The position numbers and the translations under genes are program-made. A DNA stretch of 64,000 nucleotides from Candidatus Ozemobacteraceae bacterium (GTDB lineage Bacteria; Muiribacteriota; Ozemobacteria; Ozemobacterales; Ozemobacteraceae), in assembly GCA_965140445.1 (NCBI GenBank), contig OZ223236.1:1408001-1472000 (forward strand), given 5' to 3'. Under the pieces are notes generated by a model. It was given only the letters and a program-made list of their open reading frames with translations. It did not search any database and was not told the DNA's origin. Position 1 is the first letter of the stretch; every line of letters begins with the position of its first letter. Below, in pieces: positions 48,242 to 57,027 of this stretch.

Positions 48242-50227
48242 ATGTCTCTTCAAGTTCAAAATCTGGCAAAGTCTTTTAGTGTGAGAAATCTGTTTTCTGG
48301 AGTCACATTTTCCGTAAATCCAGGAGAAAGAGTTGCACTGACAGGCAGCAACGGTTCTGGTAAAACAACTCTTATGAAAATTATTCTTGGATACGAATCC
48401 CCGGATGAAGGTTCTGTGACCAAGCCAAAAGATAGTAGAGTTGGGTATCTCCCACAGGAAATTTTTCTTGAAAATGACTCCGACTGGAAAAGTGAAAAAG
48501 AAAACCTGACCTTGTGGGATCTCGCTACTCAAGCATTTTCAATGCTTGATGAACTAAAAGCAAAGATTGAGGATCTAGAAGGACAAATGGCAGATGGAAA
48601 TACTAGCGCAGCTATTCAAGATGAATACCACATTTGCTTGAATGATTTTGAAAAGTCGGGAGGCTATACCTGGCAAGCTAAAACTACAAGACTTTTAAAA
48701 GGTTTTGGATTTCCTGAAGAAAGATTTCATGATCCATTGAAAACATTTTCAGGTGGCTGGCAAATGAGAGCTTACTTCGCACGGCTTTTGCTGAGCGAAC
48801 CCGATTATCTGCTTCTGGATGAACCTACAAACTATTTAGACATATCCTCAATTTCATTTCTTGAAGACTACCTGGCAGAATATGAAGGTGGAATTCTGGT
48901 TGTTTCACATGACAGATATTTTCTGGACGATCTGGCAAACTCTGTGGTGGCAATCACTCCTGAAGGTGCCAGGACTTTTCGTGGAAATTATTCCGAGTTC
49001 TTACAGGCACATGAAGTCTGGGCAAAAGAAGCTGAAGCTCTAAAGGAGCGCCAGGATCGCGAGCGAAAAAGAGTTGAGAAGTTTATTGAACGTTTTCGCT
49101 ATAAGGCCAGTAAAGCTTCACAAGTGCAAAGCCGACTTAAACAGCTGGAAAAAATTGAAGAAGTCGCTCAAATTAGAGCCTTGCCGAAACTGAGTTTCTC
49201 CTTTCCAAAGTGCGAAGATAGTGGCGAAGTAGTTATGAAGGGCGAGAACATAACCAGAAGTTATGGAGATAAAAAGGTTTTAAAGGGAATTGATTTCACA
49301 TTAAACCGTAAAGACCGCCTGGCAATAATTGGTGAAAATGGTGCTGGTAAAACCACCTTAATGCGTATTCTTGCTGGTGAAGATATGGTTTTTGGTGGAG
49401 ATTTTGAAATTGGATATCGTGTTCATTTTGGCTATTTTGCTCAGGATGAAGAAATCAGCTTTGAACAGGATGAGTCGGTCTGGGACCGTATCTTGAGAGA
49501 ATCTCCACTGGAGGCTGTTCCTAATCTTAGAAATCTACTCGGGGCGTTTCTTTTTTCGGGTGATGATGTTGAAAAGAAGGTTAAAGTTCTTTCAGGTGGT
49601 GAAAAAAGTCGTCTTGGATTAGCCAGAATGATGCTCAGACCCTGTAATCTGTTACTTTTGGATGAACCAACCAATCATCTTGACATTAACAGTCGCGAGG
49701 CACTTTTAAACGCTCTTGATGATTTTCCGGGAACTATCATAATTGTTTCACATGACCGCTTCTTTCTGGATAGCCTGGCAACCAAGGTTCTTGCCTTGGA
49801 AAATGGTAATGCAATAACTTATGAAGGCAATTATAGTCAGTATCTCTGGGCGAGAAAGCACAGACTGGCAGATAACCCTGAAATTTTGGAAGAAGCTGGA
49901 GAGATTGCAGCACCCATTCCCGACAAAAAACAGCAGGCAAGAGATTTCCATAAGCAGCAGAAAAAGTTAAATAATCGGATACAAAAGGTACGCAAAGAGA
50001 TTGAAGTTAAAGAACTTGAGATTTCAAAGGCAGAAGATGAAGTTGCAGAGGTTGAGCAGCAGCTCGCCACACCGCCAGAAGGCTGGACGCCTGAAAAAAT
50101 TGTTGAAGCCTCAAACCTCCATATGAAGCGGAATCAAAGTCTTGAAGGATTGCTTGAGGATTGGGAAAAATTGAATTCTGAGCTCTCTGAAGCTGAGTCT
50201 GAGCTTGCGGAGATGAAGGAGAACTAG
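48242..50227 (+). CDS. ABC-F family ATP-binding protein (ribosome-associated)
   Basis: Two NBDs (GSNGSGKTT/FSGGW/LLDEPTNYLD; GENGAGKTT/LSGGEK/LLDEPTNHLD), no TM, C-terminal coiled coil. Confidence 0.95.
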   Translation: MSLQVQNLAKSFSVRNLFSGVTFSVNPGERVALTGSNGSGKTTLMKIILGYESPDEGSVTKPKDSRVGYLPQEIFLENDSDWKSEKENLTLWDLATQAFSMLDELKAKIEDLEGQMADGNTSAAIQDEYHICLNDFEKSGGYTWQAKTTRLLKGFGFPEERFHDPLKTFSGGWQMRAYFARLLLSEPDYLLLDEPTNYLDISSISFLEDYLAEYEGGILVVSHDRYFLDDLANSVVAITPEGARTFRGNYSEFLQAHEVWAKEAEALKERQDRERKRVEKFIERFRYKASKASQVQSRLKQLEKIEEVAQIRALPKLSFSFPKCEDSGEVVMKGENITRSYGDKKVLKGIDFTLNRKDRLAIIGENGAGKTTLMRILAGEDMVFGGDFEIGYRVHFGYFAQDEEISFEQDESVWDRILRESPLEAVPNLRNLLGAFLFSGDDVEKKVKVLSGGEKSRLGLARMMLRPCNLLLLDEPTNHLDINSREALLNALDDFPGTIIIVSHDRFFLDSLATKVLALENGNAITYEGNYSQYLWARKHRLADNPEILEEAGEIAAPIPDKKQQARDFHKQQKKLNNRIQKVRKEIEVKELEISKAEDEVAEVEQQLATPPEGWTPEKIVEASNLHMKRNQSLEGLLEDWEKLNSELSEAESELAEMKEN

Positions 50228-50230
50228 TAT

Positions 50231-50545
50231 ATGGGACATAATGAAAACCAAACACACAGAGGGGTTCTTGAAAAATCCCGGCAAAAAACTGCAAAGCCAC
50301 CCATGTATAAAGTTTTTTTGTTAAATGATGATTATACAACCATGGAGTTTGTGGTTGAAATGCTGGAAAGCGTTTTTCATAAATCCAAGATGGAATCAAC
50401 GCAGATTATGCTTCACGTCCACCGTAACGGAAGAGGGTTGGCGGGTGTTTATGTTAAAGATATCGCCGAAACCAAAATCGCTCTGGTTCACCAGGCAGCA
50501 AAACAAAACGGCTTCCCAATGAAGTGCGATATGGAGAAAGAATGA
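50231..50545 (+). CDS. clpS: ATP-dependent Clp protease adaptor ClpS
   Basis: PPMYKVFLLNDDYTTMEFVV, MLHVH..G, IAETK. Confidence 0.97.
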   Translation: MGHNENQTHRGVLEKSRQKTAKPPMYKVFLLNDDYTTMEFVVEMLESVFHKSKMESTQIMLHVHRNGRGLAGVYVKDIAETKIALVHQAAKQNGFPMKCDMEKE

Positions 50546-52806
50546 TTAGCAAAGATCTAGATATAATTTTACATGCAGTAATTGAGGAAGCGAGTCAGAG
50601 ACGCCACGAATATCTGACCGTCGAGCATCTTCTATATGGAATTTTGCACGACAAGAAAGGTCAGAGAATTCTTAAGGCTTGTCATTGCAACATTGATCAA
50701 CTCAGGGGCGACCTTGAAAAGTTTTTTGTGGAAAATGTGCCAAGATTGACCGATGACTCAAAAGCAGAACCTTTACCTACAATGGGATTTCAAAGGGTTT
50801 TTCAGAGAACAATTTTTCAGGTTCAAGCCTCAGAAAAGAAGGAAGCTGAATCCGGCGATTTGCTGATTTCGATTTTATCAGAGCCTGACTCACATGCAAC
50901 TTTCTTTTTACAGCAGCAGAATATATCTCAGCTTGATGTAATGAATTATGTCTCCCACGGCATAGAAAAGCTTGATGGAGAAGATGAAGAAGGTTTTACC
51001 TCAGAGGAGCCTGACACAGACGGGGAAGAACAAGAGCTGAATGTAAAAGACCCTTTGAAGCAGTTTGCCGAATGTCTGAATGATAAGGCGGCAAGAGGCC
51101 AGATAGATCCATTAATTGGAAGAACTAAAGAAGTTGAACGAGCTATCATTATTCTCAATCGCCGTAAAAAGAACAATATTGTTTTTGTCGGTGAACCTGG
51201 AGTAGGAAAAACTGCAATTGTAGAAGGGATTGCTCTTCGCATTCATAATGGGGAAGTCCCTGAAACACTTAAAGATGTGCCAATTTATTCTCTAGATATG
51301 GGATCGCTCCTGGCAGGAACCAGATATAGAGGGGACTTTGAAGCCAGATTAAAAGCCACAATTAAGAATCTTGAAAAGATTCCGGGAGTGATACTCTTTA
51401 TTGATGAAATTCATACTATCATTGGAGCCGGAGCAGTCAGTGGTGGTGCCATGGATGCAGCAAATATTCTGAAACCTGCTCTTGGTAGTGGAAAATTTAA
51501 GTGTATTGGAACAACCACTTTTGAAGAATTCAAAAGCTTTGATAAAGATAGAGCGTTTTCGAGACGGTTCCAGAAAATTGATCTCTATGAACCAGATGTA
51601 AAAGAAACTTATAAAATTTTACAGGGTTTGAAGCCTTCCTATGAAGAATTTCACGCTGTAAAATACTCCAAAAAGGCTTTACGGGGGGCGGCAGAGTTAT
51701 CCTCCAAGTATATCCAGGAGCAATTTTTGCCAGACAAAGCTATTGATTTACTTGATGAAGCCGCAGCAATTTTAAAGCTTTCACCAGCATTTAAAAAGCG
51801 TCAGAAGGTTTTATTGCGTGATATTGAAAAAGCCGTGGCACGAATTGCTAGAATTCCTGAAAAGAGAGTTTCATCAACAGATCTTGAGAAGCTGAAAAAC
51901 CTTGATTCAGAAATGAAAAAAGTTGTTTACGGTCAGGATAGCGCAATTTCAGCTCTAATTACAGCAATTAAGAGATCAAGAGCCGGATTGGGGGGTGCTA
52001 ACCGACCAGTTGGATCATTCTTGTTTACCGGACCTACTGGTGTTGGTAAAACTGAAGTTGCAAAACAGTTAGCCGCAAATCTGGGCGTCAATTTTGTGCG
52101 TTTTGATATGAGCGAATATATGGAAAAGCATGCGGTGGCAAGGTTTATCGGAGCTCCTCCGGGTTATGTCGGTTATGAACGGGGTGGGGCACTTACTGAT
52201 GCGATAAGAAAGCAGCCATATTCTGTACTTTTGCTTGATGAAATAGAGAAAGCGCATGAAGATGTTTTCAATATTTTATTACAGGTCATGGATTATGCGA
52301 CTTTGACTGATAACACCGGCAAAAAGGCGGATTTTAGAAATGTAATTCTCATAATGACCTCTAATGCTGGTGCGCGTGAGATGGCCAAAGGTTCAATTGG
52401 CTTTGGCGATGCAAACAAAGACGTTGAGTGGAAAGGCAAACAAGCTATTGAAAAGCTTTTTAGCCCTGAATTCAGAAATAGACTTGATGGAATAATCACT
52501 TTTGCATCTTTACCACAGTCCATTATGGTTATGGTGGTAGATAAATTTGTAAGAGAGCTAAACCAGCAACTCAAGGAAAGAGATATTCATATCGAGTTAA
52601 CAGAGGTGGCTCGCAACTGGCTTGCAGAAAAGGGCTTTGATCCAAAACAAGGCGCAAGGCCGTTAAGCAGACTTATTCAAACTGAGATCAAGGATGCAGT
52701 TTCCGAAGAAATCTTATTTGGTAAGCTCAGCCAAGGTGGCAAGATAATCGCCGACAGAGTGGACGACAAATGGAAGTTTGAGTATCACTCAAATAAAGAA
52801 GCTTAA
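50542..52806 (+). CDS. clpA: ATP-dependent Clp protease ATP-binding subunit ClpA
   Basis: RHEYLTVEHLL, two AAA modules (GEPGVGKT, GPTGVGKT), IGF loop, no long middle domain; ATGA overlap with clpS. Confidence 0.96.
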   Translation: MISKDLDIILHAVIEEASQRRHEYLTVEHLLYGILHDKKGQRILKACHCNIDQLRGDLEKFFVENVPRLTDDSKAEPLPTMGFQRVFQRTIFQVQASEKKEAESGDLLISILSEPDSHATFFLQQQNISQLDVMNYVSHGIEKLDGEDEEGFTSEEPDTDGEEQELNVKDPLKQFAECLNDKAARGQIDPLIGRTKEVERAIIILNRRKKNNIVFVGEPGVGKTAIVEGIALRIHNGEVPETLKDVPIYSLDMGSLLAGTRYRGDFEARLKATIKNLEKIPGVILFIDEIHTIIGAGAVSGGAMDAANILKPALGSGKFKCIGTTTFEEFKSFDKDRAFSRRFQKIDLYEPDVKETYKILQGLKPSYEEFHAVKYSKKALRGAAELSSKYIQEQFLPDKAIDLLDEAAAILKLSPAFKKRQKVLLRDIEKAVARIARIPEKRVSSTDLEKLKNLDSEMKKVVYGQDSAISALITAIKRSRAGLGGANRPVGSFLFTGPTGVGKTEVAKQLAANLGVNFVRFDMSEYMEKHAVARFIGAPPGYVGYERGGALTDAIRKQPYSVLLLDEIEKAHEDVFNILLQVMDYATLTDNTGKKADFRNVILIMTSNAGAREMAKGSIGFGDANKDVEWKGKQAIEKLFSPEFRNRLDGIITFASLPQSIMVMVVDKFVRELNQQLKERDIHIELTEVARNWLAEKGFDPKQGARPLSRLIQTEIKDAVSEEILFGKLSQGGKIIADRVDDKWKFEYHSNKEA

Positions 52807-52814
52807 GCAGATAA

Positions 52815-53303
52815 ATGATTCATTTACAAAAGCCTGAATTGCAGGATCTTGCTTTTATAGACCTTCTCTGGAGAGACGAACAGACCATGCAGCCCGTTGG
52901 AGGTCCTGTTCGGCTCTCAAAGGAGAAGCTAGAGTCATGGTATAAGCGAATGGTGGAGCCAGGAAGCCCTAAAGATCGTTATTATCTGATTTTTGAAAAT
53001 GACAGGCCCGTAGGTGAGGCAAGTTTCCATCGTTATGATCCAATAACCAAAACAGGGGAGCTTAATATTAAGGTTCTTGCCAGTTGCCGGGGCCGTGGAA
53101 TTGCCAAAGACGCATTAAAACAGCTTTTAACCTGCTACTTTTACGATTTTAAAGCAGATGCTATATTTGATGCTGTAGCTCCCAAAAATTCGGGTGGCCA
53201 AAAATTCCTGGCGGATTTTGGTTTTATGCCACTGAAGAGAGATCACGAAGCTGTAGTTTTCAAACTTTCAAGAGAACAGTTTGAAAGTATAATTGCTCGA
53301 TAG
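52815..53303 (+). CDS. GNAT acetyltransferase (RimJ/RimL-like)
   Basis: RGRGIA acetyl-CoA motif; N...FL..FGF. Confidence 0.85.
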   Translation: MIHLQKPELQDLAFIDLLWRDEQTMQPVGGPVRLSKEKLESWYKRMVEPGSPKDRYYLIFENDRPVGEASFHRYDPITKTGELNIKVLASCRGRGIAKDALKQLLTCYFYDFKADAIFDAVAPKNSGGQKFLADFGFMPLKRDHEAVVFKLSREQFESIIAR

Positions 53304-53319
53304 ACATTTATAATAGGGT

Positions 53320-53802
53320 TTAGGCCTCATTCTCTTCTGCTTCTTCAATTAATAGAGTCGCTTTTTGTGCAGCCTTATTCAAGTTGTGTTGAGCAGGAAG
53401 AGAAAGAAAAAGAATGATCCCGATAGAATACAAAATTGTGACCATTGATACAGATAAATTGGCTGGCACAGCACTTGGGTCAGATAGATTGCTTAGCAGA
53501 AAAATAATCCCCAAGAGAGTGCATAACACTCCTGATCCCATACTTAACATGCCATATACAGAAAACATTTGCGCAGAAAACTTGAGCTCTTTTGCTGATA
53601 TACCAGCGTCTTCCGGTGCGAAAAGAACTTTTACCGCCCTGCTGATTTCCCCCGGTCTGTAAACTGACATTAAAATAAACAGAGGAAAAAAAACAGCCAT
53701 TATAAAAGATGGAATGTTGATTAGATTTTTTATAGGGCCATTAAGTTTGACCATGAGTAAAAATGTAAACACTGAAAAGAACCATGGAATCTTTCTAAAC
53801 AT
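53320..53802 (-). CDS. Truncated MotA/TolQ/ExbB-like membrane protein
   Basis: NIPSFI..., G.LCTLLGII.LLSNLSDPSAVPANLSVSMVTILY; resembles MotA TM2-TM4. Confidence 0.65.
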   Translation of the reverse strand: MFRKIPWFFSVFTFLLMVKLNGPIKNLINIPSFIMAVFFPLFILMSVYRPGEISRAVKVLFAPEDAGISAKELKFSAQMFSVYGMLSMGSGVLCTLLGIIFLLSNLSDPSAVPANLSVSMVTILYSIGIILFLSLPAQHNLNKAAQKATLLIEEAEENEA

Positions 53803-53816
53803 ATAATTTTTCCTCC

Positions 53817-54356
53817 CTAGATTGAATACATAACCAGGACAATGGTCATGTAATTGGCTATTGGAAACCCTAACAAGATAAGACTTTGGAGTAATTCACC
53901 CTGAAGGTTTGATAATTTAATACCCTCGTTGTGTGCAAGTCTGAATCTTAGTGGAAGCAAGATTAATTTTGAAAATCCAACAGCAAGCGCAGAACTTACA
54001 AGAGTAAAAGCCATGTTTGGCCCCATACTTTTAGGATCTGAAAGGCTTGCAAAAAGCAAAATCATTCCCGATGTCATGAAGAAAAAGCCAGCAATTACTA
54101 TCAAAGTTTCCAGTTGCTTAATTGCCTCAAACCTTTCTTCAGCCGAAAACTTTGACTTGTAGCCAGATATAATTGATGAACAGATGCTTTCTTTTGTCAG
54201 GGAATACCCACTGGCTGTGATTGACAGGAAAACGGCAACTATAATCAGTCCATATCCAGGGATATGAAGACAGGACATCACAGAAGATTTTCCAATAAAA
54301 GCACAGAAAAATACAATTAATGGCGAGAGAAGCAGGATCAGGTTTTTTAATTTCAC
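53817..54356 (-). CDS. Truncated MotA/TolQ/ExbB-like membrane protein
   Basis: HIPG..LI..., GMILLFASLSDPKSMGPNMAFTL...LLP. Confidence 0.6.
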   Translation of the reverse strand: MKLKNLILLLSPLIVFFCAFIGKSSVMSCLHIPGYGLIIVAVFLSITASGYSLTKESICSSIISGYKSKFSAEERFEAIKQLETLIVIAGFFFMTSGMILLFASLSDPKSMGPNMAFTLVSSALAVGFSKLILLPLRFRLAHNEGIKLSNLQGELLQSLILLGFPIANYMTIVLVMYSI

Positions 54357-54859
54357 TGATTTTCTCCTTTAGGAAGATCGTTATTGGTTTCAGACTTGCC
54401 AATATAAGTTCTAAGCCGGTCAAATTTTTTAACAGAGGTTGAAACGAAATTTATCTGCACCTGCTCAAAGTTTCCTGTGTTTTTTTCGGGGAGATAGATG
54501 CAGGCAATTATTAGCAGACAAAGTGCTGAATTTAAAACAAAAGATCTAAAGCTTGATTCAGGTGTAATTGAGATAGCTTTCACAGGATCTATTTTTTGCT
54601 TTAATTCTAATTCAAATTCATTATTTATCCTGGCCAGAGTTTTATCCCAGGAAGGGCTCATTTTAATAGAGACAAGCTCTGGCATATGGTTGGAAACTTT
54701 TAGTTCATCCTGGCCGCATGATTTATTTGCAATGTCAGAGGAGCAATTTTCACAAGTCGCAATGTGCTCTTTGTGTTTTTCCGTGGCTTTTCCCAGGGCC
54801 AAGGCATTGGTTGCTCTTAGACAGTCCAGATTTTTATCTGAATTGATTAGGTTTTTCAT
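54353..54859 (-). CDS. Zinc-binding anti-sigma factor (ZAS type) with one TM
   Basis: C...HIATCENC (HxxxCxxC); TM FVLNSALCLLIIACIYL; ATGA overlap with the ECF sigma. Confidence 0.8.
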   Translation of the reverse strand: MKNLINSDKNLDCLRATNALALGKATEKHKEHIATCENCSSDIANKSCGQDELKVSNHMPELVSIKMSPSWDKTLARINNEFELELKQKIDPVKAISITPESSFRSFVLNSALCLLIIACIYLPEKNTGNFEQVQINFVSTSVKKFDRLRTYIGKSETNNDLPKGENQ

Positions 54860-55413
54860 TCCTGTTCTCCAGCTAATTGTCTAAGCTTTTCTATGGTTGA
54901 AGCTGTTCGGTAATGAACTGTTCTTATTGAACAGCCGAGAACCTCTGCGGCTTCAGTTACACTCAAATCTCCGTCAAACCTCAAAGCTAACAGGTGCTGC
55001 TCCTCTATGCTGAGTGAATAGAAGCTTTGTGAGAATCTGATCGTAGTTTCATCCTTAATGTAGTTCTCTTCAATTGTTGGTGCGGAGTCGTCGTGGGGCT
55101 CCAAAAAGTCTGGTAATGAAACATTCTTGTTCTCATGTTTCCTTTTTGAATCCAGGCAAAGGTTAGAGCAGATTCTCATTGCCCATGCCCTAAAGTTATT
55201 GCCTGGATTATACTTTTGTCTGTATTTCCAGATTCTGAGAAAAACTTCCTGAACAATATCATCAGCTTCGGTTGGATTGTTCATGATCCTCACTGCATAT
55301 TTGAAAATACTCTCGGAATGAATTTGGAATAGCTGTTTTAAAGCTTCCAAGTCGCTTCTGGAAAGTTTTTCCATCAACAGGTCATCGTTGTTTTTCTCAG
55401 TGGTTTTTTTCAT
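54856..55413 (-). CDS. ECF RNA polymerase sigma factor
   Basis: Region 2 EADDIVQEVFLRIW...FRAWAMRICSNLCLD; region 4 LSVTEAAEVLGCSIRTV. Start probably ATG 55413. Confidence 0.93.
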   Translation of the reverse strand: MKKTTEKNNDDLLMEKLSRSDLEALKQLFQIHSESIFKYAVRIMNNPTEADDIVQEVFLRIWKYRQKYNPGNNFRAWAMRICSNLCLDSKRKHENKNVSLPDFLEPHDDSAPTIEENYIKDETTIRFSQSFYSLSIEEQHLLALRFDGDLSVTEAAEVLGCSIRTVHYRTASTIEKLRQLAGEQE

Positions 55414-55597
55414 GGCTCTACAATTTAAACGTTTCAAGATTACAAGTGTGCAAAAAAAACTTTTTTTTTATTATTAATTTTTCAACATGTGCCGATGTGG
55501 AAAGCGGTGAATTATAGCCGTTTTAAATGATTTTGATGGTTGCAGCATCAGCAGCGGTTCTGCAAACTCTACCATCGAAACATAGAAGGAGCTGGGT

Positions 55598-56911
55598 ATG
55601 AAAAAGAATACCGCAATAGTCGCATTGGCAGCCTGGCTGTTCTCTGTGCCTCTCATGGGGCAGGGAGTATATTCAGGAATTGCACAGAATCAGTTGAAGC
55701 AGAATGGCTTCAGCTCATCTATGCAAATGGCTGCACAAAGAAGTTACAATCCTTACCAGGATACGGAAGAAGCTACGCAGGTTTACGGTCAGCAGGCATC
55801 GTTGCCTCCAATCGCAATTTCTGCTGATTCTTCTGGATCATCTGGCCAGCAGATGACACTCCCCCCAATTACCAGATCGCAATACGATAATGGTTCAGCA
55901 GGGTTGTCATCTCAGGTTGCTGCACCAGTTCCGGTGCAAAGACCACGTCGGGCACCTGTTGTTCAAAGCAATGGCGGTCGACGAACTGTTCGAACTGGTG
56001 GAAATGAGATTTATTCTCAGGAGCCTTTGGATCTACCGCCAGTAACCACATTACCTGTTCCATCCAGAACAGGCCTACCGCCAATTTCAAATGACACCAT
56101 GATGACTGTGCCTCTTGAAGAAGCTGTTTCCAGAATTTTAGCCTGTAACTTTAAAGGTTTGACTGGCTTAACTAACACAACTTCTGCTGATACAAGTAAA
56201 GCTGGTTCGTTCAAGATGGGTGTTCATTCTAGCTGGTTTACTCTTGATCGTGTTTATGACAGAGTGCTGGCCAGTAACGAGAGTGGGGAAATGTTGGAAA
56301 TGCCAATTTTCTTCAACTATGCAGTTACTGATGATCTTGAAATTGCTTACGTTATTCCGGTAATGAACTACACCGTCAAATCCAGAATTCTTTGGACCAA
56401 AGATATTTCTGAATCTGGGGTTGGAGATTCCACCCTCGCATTCAAATACAAGGTTTTTGATAATCCAAAATATCAGATGCGTGGAGCATTTGGTCTTGGC
56501 TTCAAATTCCCAACTGGAAACGATGATAAAGGCCTTGGCACCGGTAAAACAGATTTTGAAATCTATACCGCATTTACCAAAAGCTTTGAAAAAATCGTTG
56601 GTCACCTGAATCTTGGTTATGTAATGACCGGTGACCCAAATACACAGTTTTATCCTGATGGACTTGCTGATAAGTTTTACTACAACATTGGTATTGAGTA
56701 TCCTCATAACCATAACATGACTGTAATGGCAGAACTTAACGGGGAAGAGCAGGGCTCAGAAGGAATGAGGGTAGATGTTACTCCCGGGATCAGATATACA
56801 CCGACTGAGAACTTTGCTTTTGAAGTCGCAGTGCCTATAGCCGTAACCAATGATCAGCGTTATGGTTATAACTATAGATTGATTCTTGGCCTAACAACTT
56901 TCTTTCAATAG
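55598..56911 (+). CDS. Outer-membrane beta-barrel (SphA/MetA-pathway transporter-like) with disordered N-terminus
   Basis: Signal peptide; SGVGDSTLAFKY, KFPTG..KGLGTG..D, HLNLGY; alternating beta-strands; C-terminal TTFFQ. Confidence 0.75.
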   Translation: MKKNTAIVALAAWLFSVPLMGQGVYSGIAQNQLKQNGFSSSMQMAAQRSYNPYQDTEEATQVYGQQASLPPIAISADSSGSSGQQMTLPPITRSQYDNGSAGLSSQVAAPVPVQRPRRAPVVQSNGGRRTVRTGGNEIYSQEPLDLPPVTTLPVPSRTGLPPISNDTMMTVPLEEAVSRILACNFKGLTGLTNTTSADTSKAGSFKMGVHSSWFTLDRVYDRVLASNESGEMLEMPIFFNYAVTDDLEIAYVIPVMNYTVKSRILWTKDISESGVGDSTLAFKYKVFDNPKYQMRGAFGLGFKFPTGNDDKGLGTGKTDFEIYTAFTKSFEKIVGHLNLGYVMTGDPNTQFYPDGLADKFYYNIGIEYPHNHNMTVMAELNGEEQGSEGMRVDVTPGIRYTPTENFAFEVAVPIAVTNDQRYGYNYRLILGLTTFFQ

Positions 56912-56969
56912 CTGAAAGCTGGTTGCTTGGAATTTAAAAAACTTAATCACCGACTATTGCGATAAAAAG

Positions 56970-57008
56970 AACATCGCCCTTGAGAAAATTTCTCAAGGGC
57001 GATGTTTT
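56970..57008. terminator. Bidirectional intrinsic terminator
   Basis: AACATCGCCCTTGAGAAA-a-TTTCTCAAGGGCGATGTT with flanking A and T tracts between convergent genes. Confidence 0.88.
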
Positions 57009-57027
57009 GCTTTTTTTATAAACTAAA

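Noticed and set aside
53320..54356. Zorya (ZorAB) defence system or flagellar stator operon
   Set aside because: No MotB/ZorB with an OmpA-like domain, no long ZorA tail and no effector or flagellar genes nearby.
55452..55469. A8-C-T9 homopolymer as a phase-variation switch
   Set aside because: It lies outside coding sequence and outside the predicted promoter spacer; such tracts are common in AT-rich DNA.
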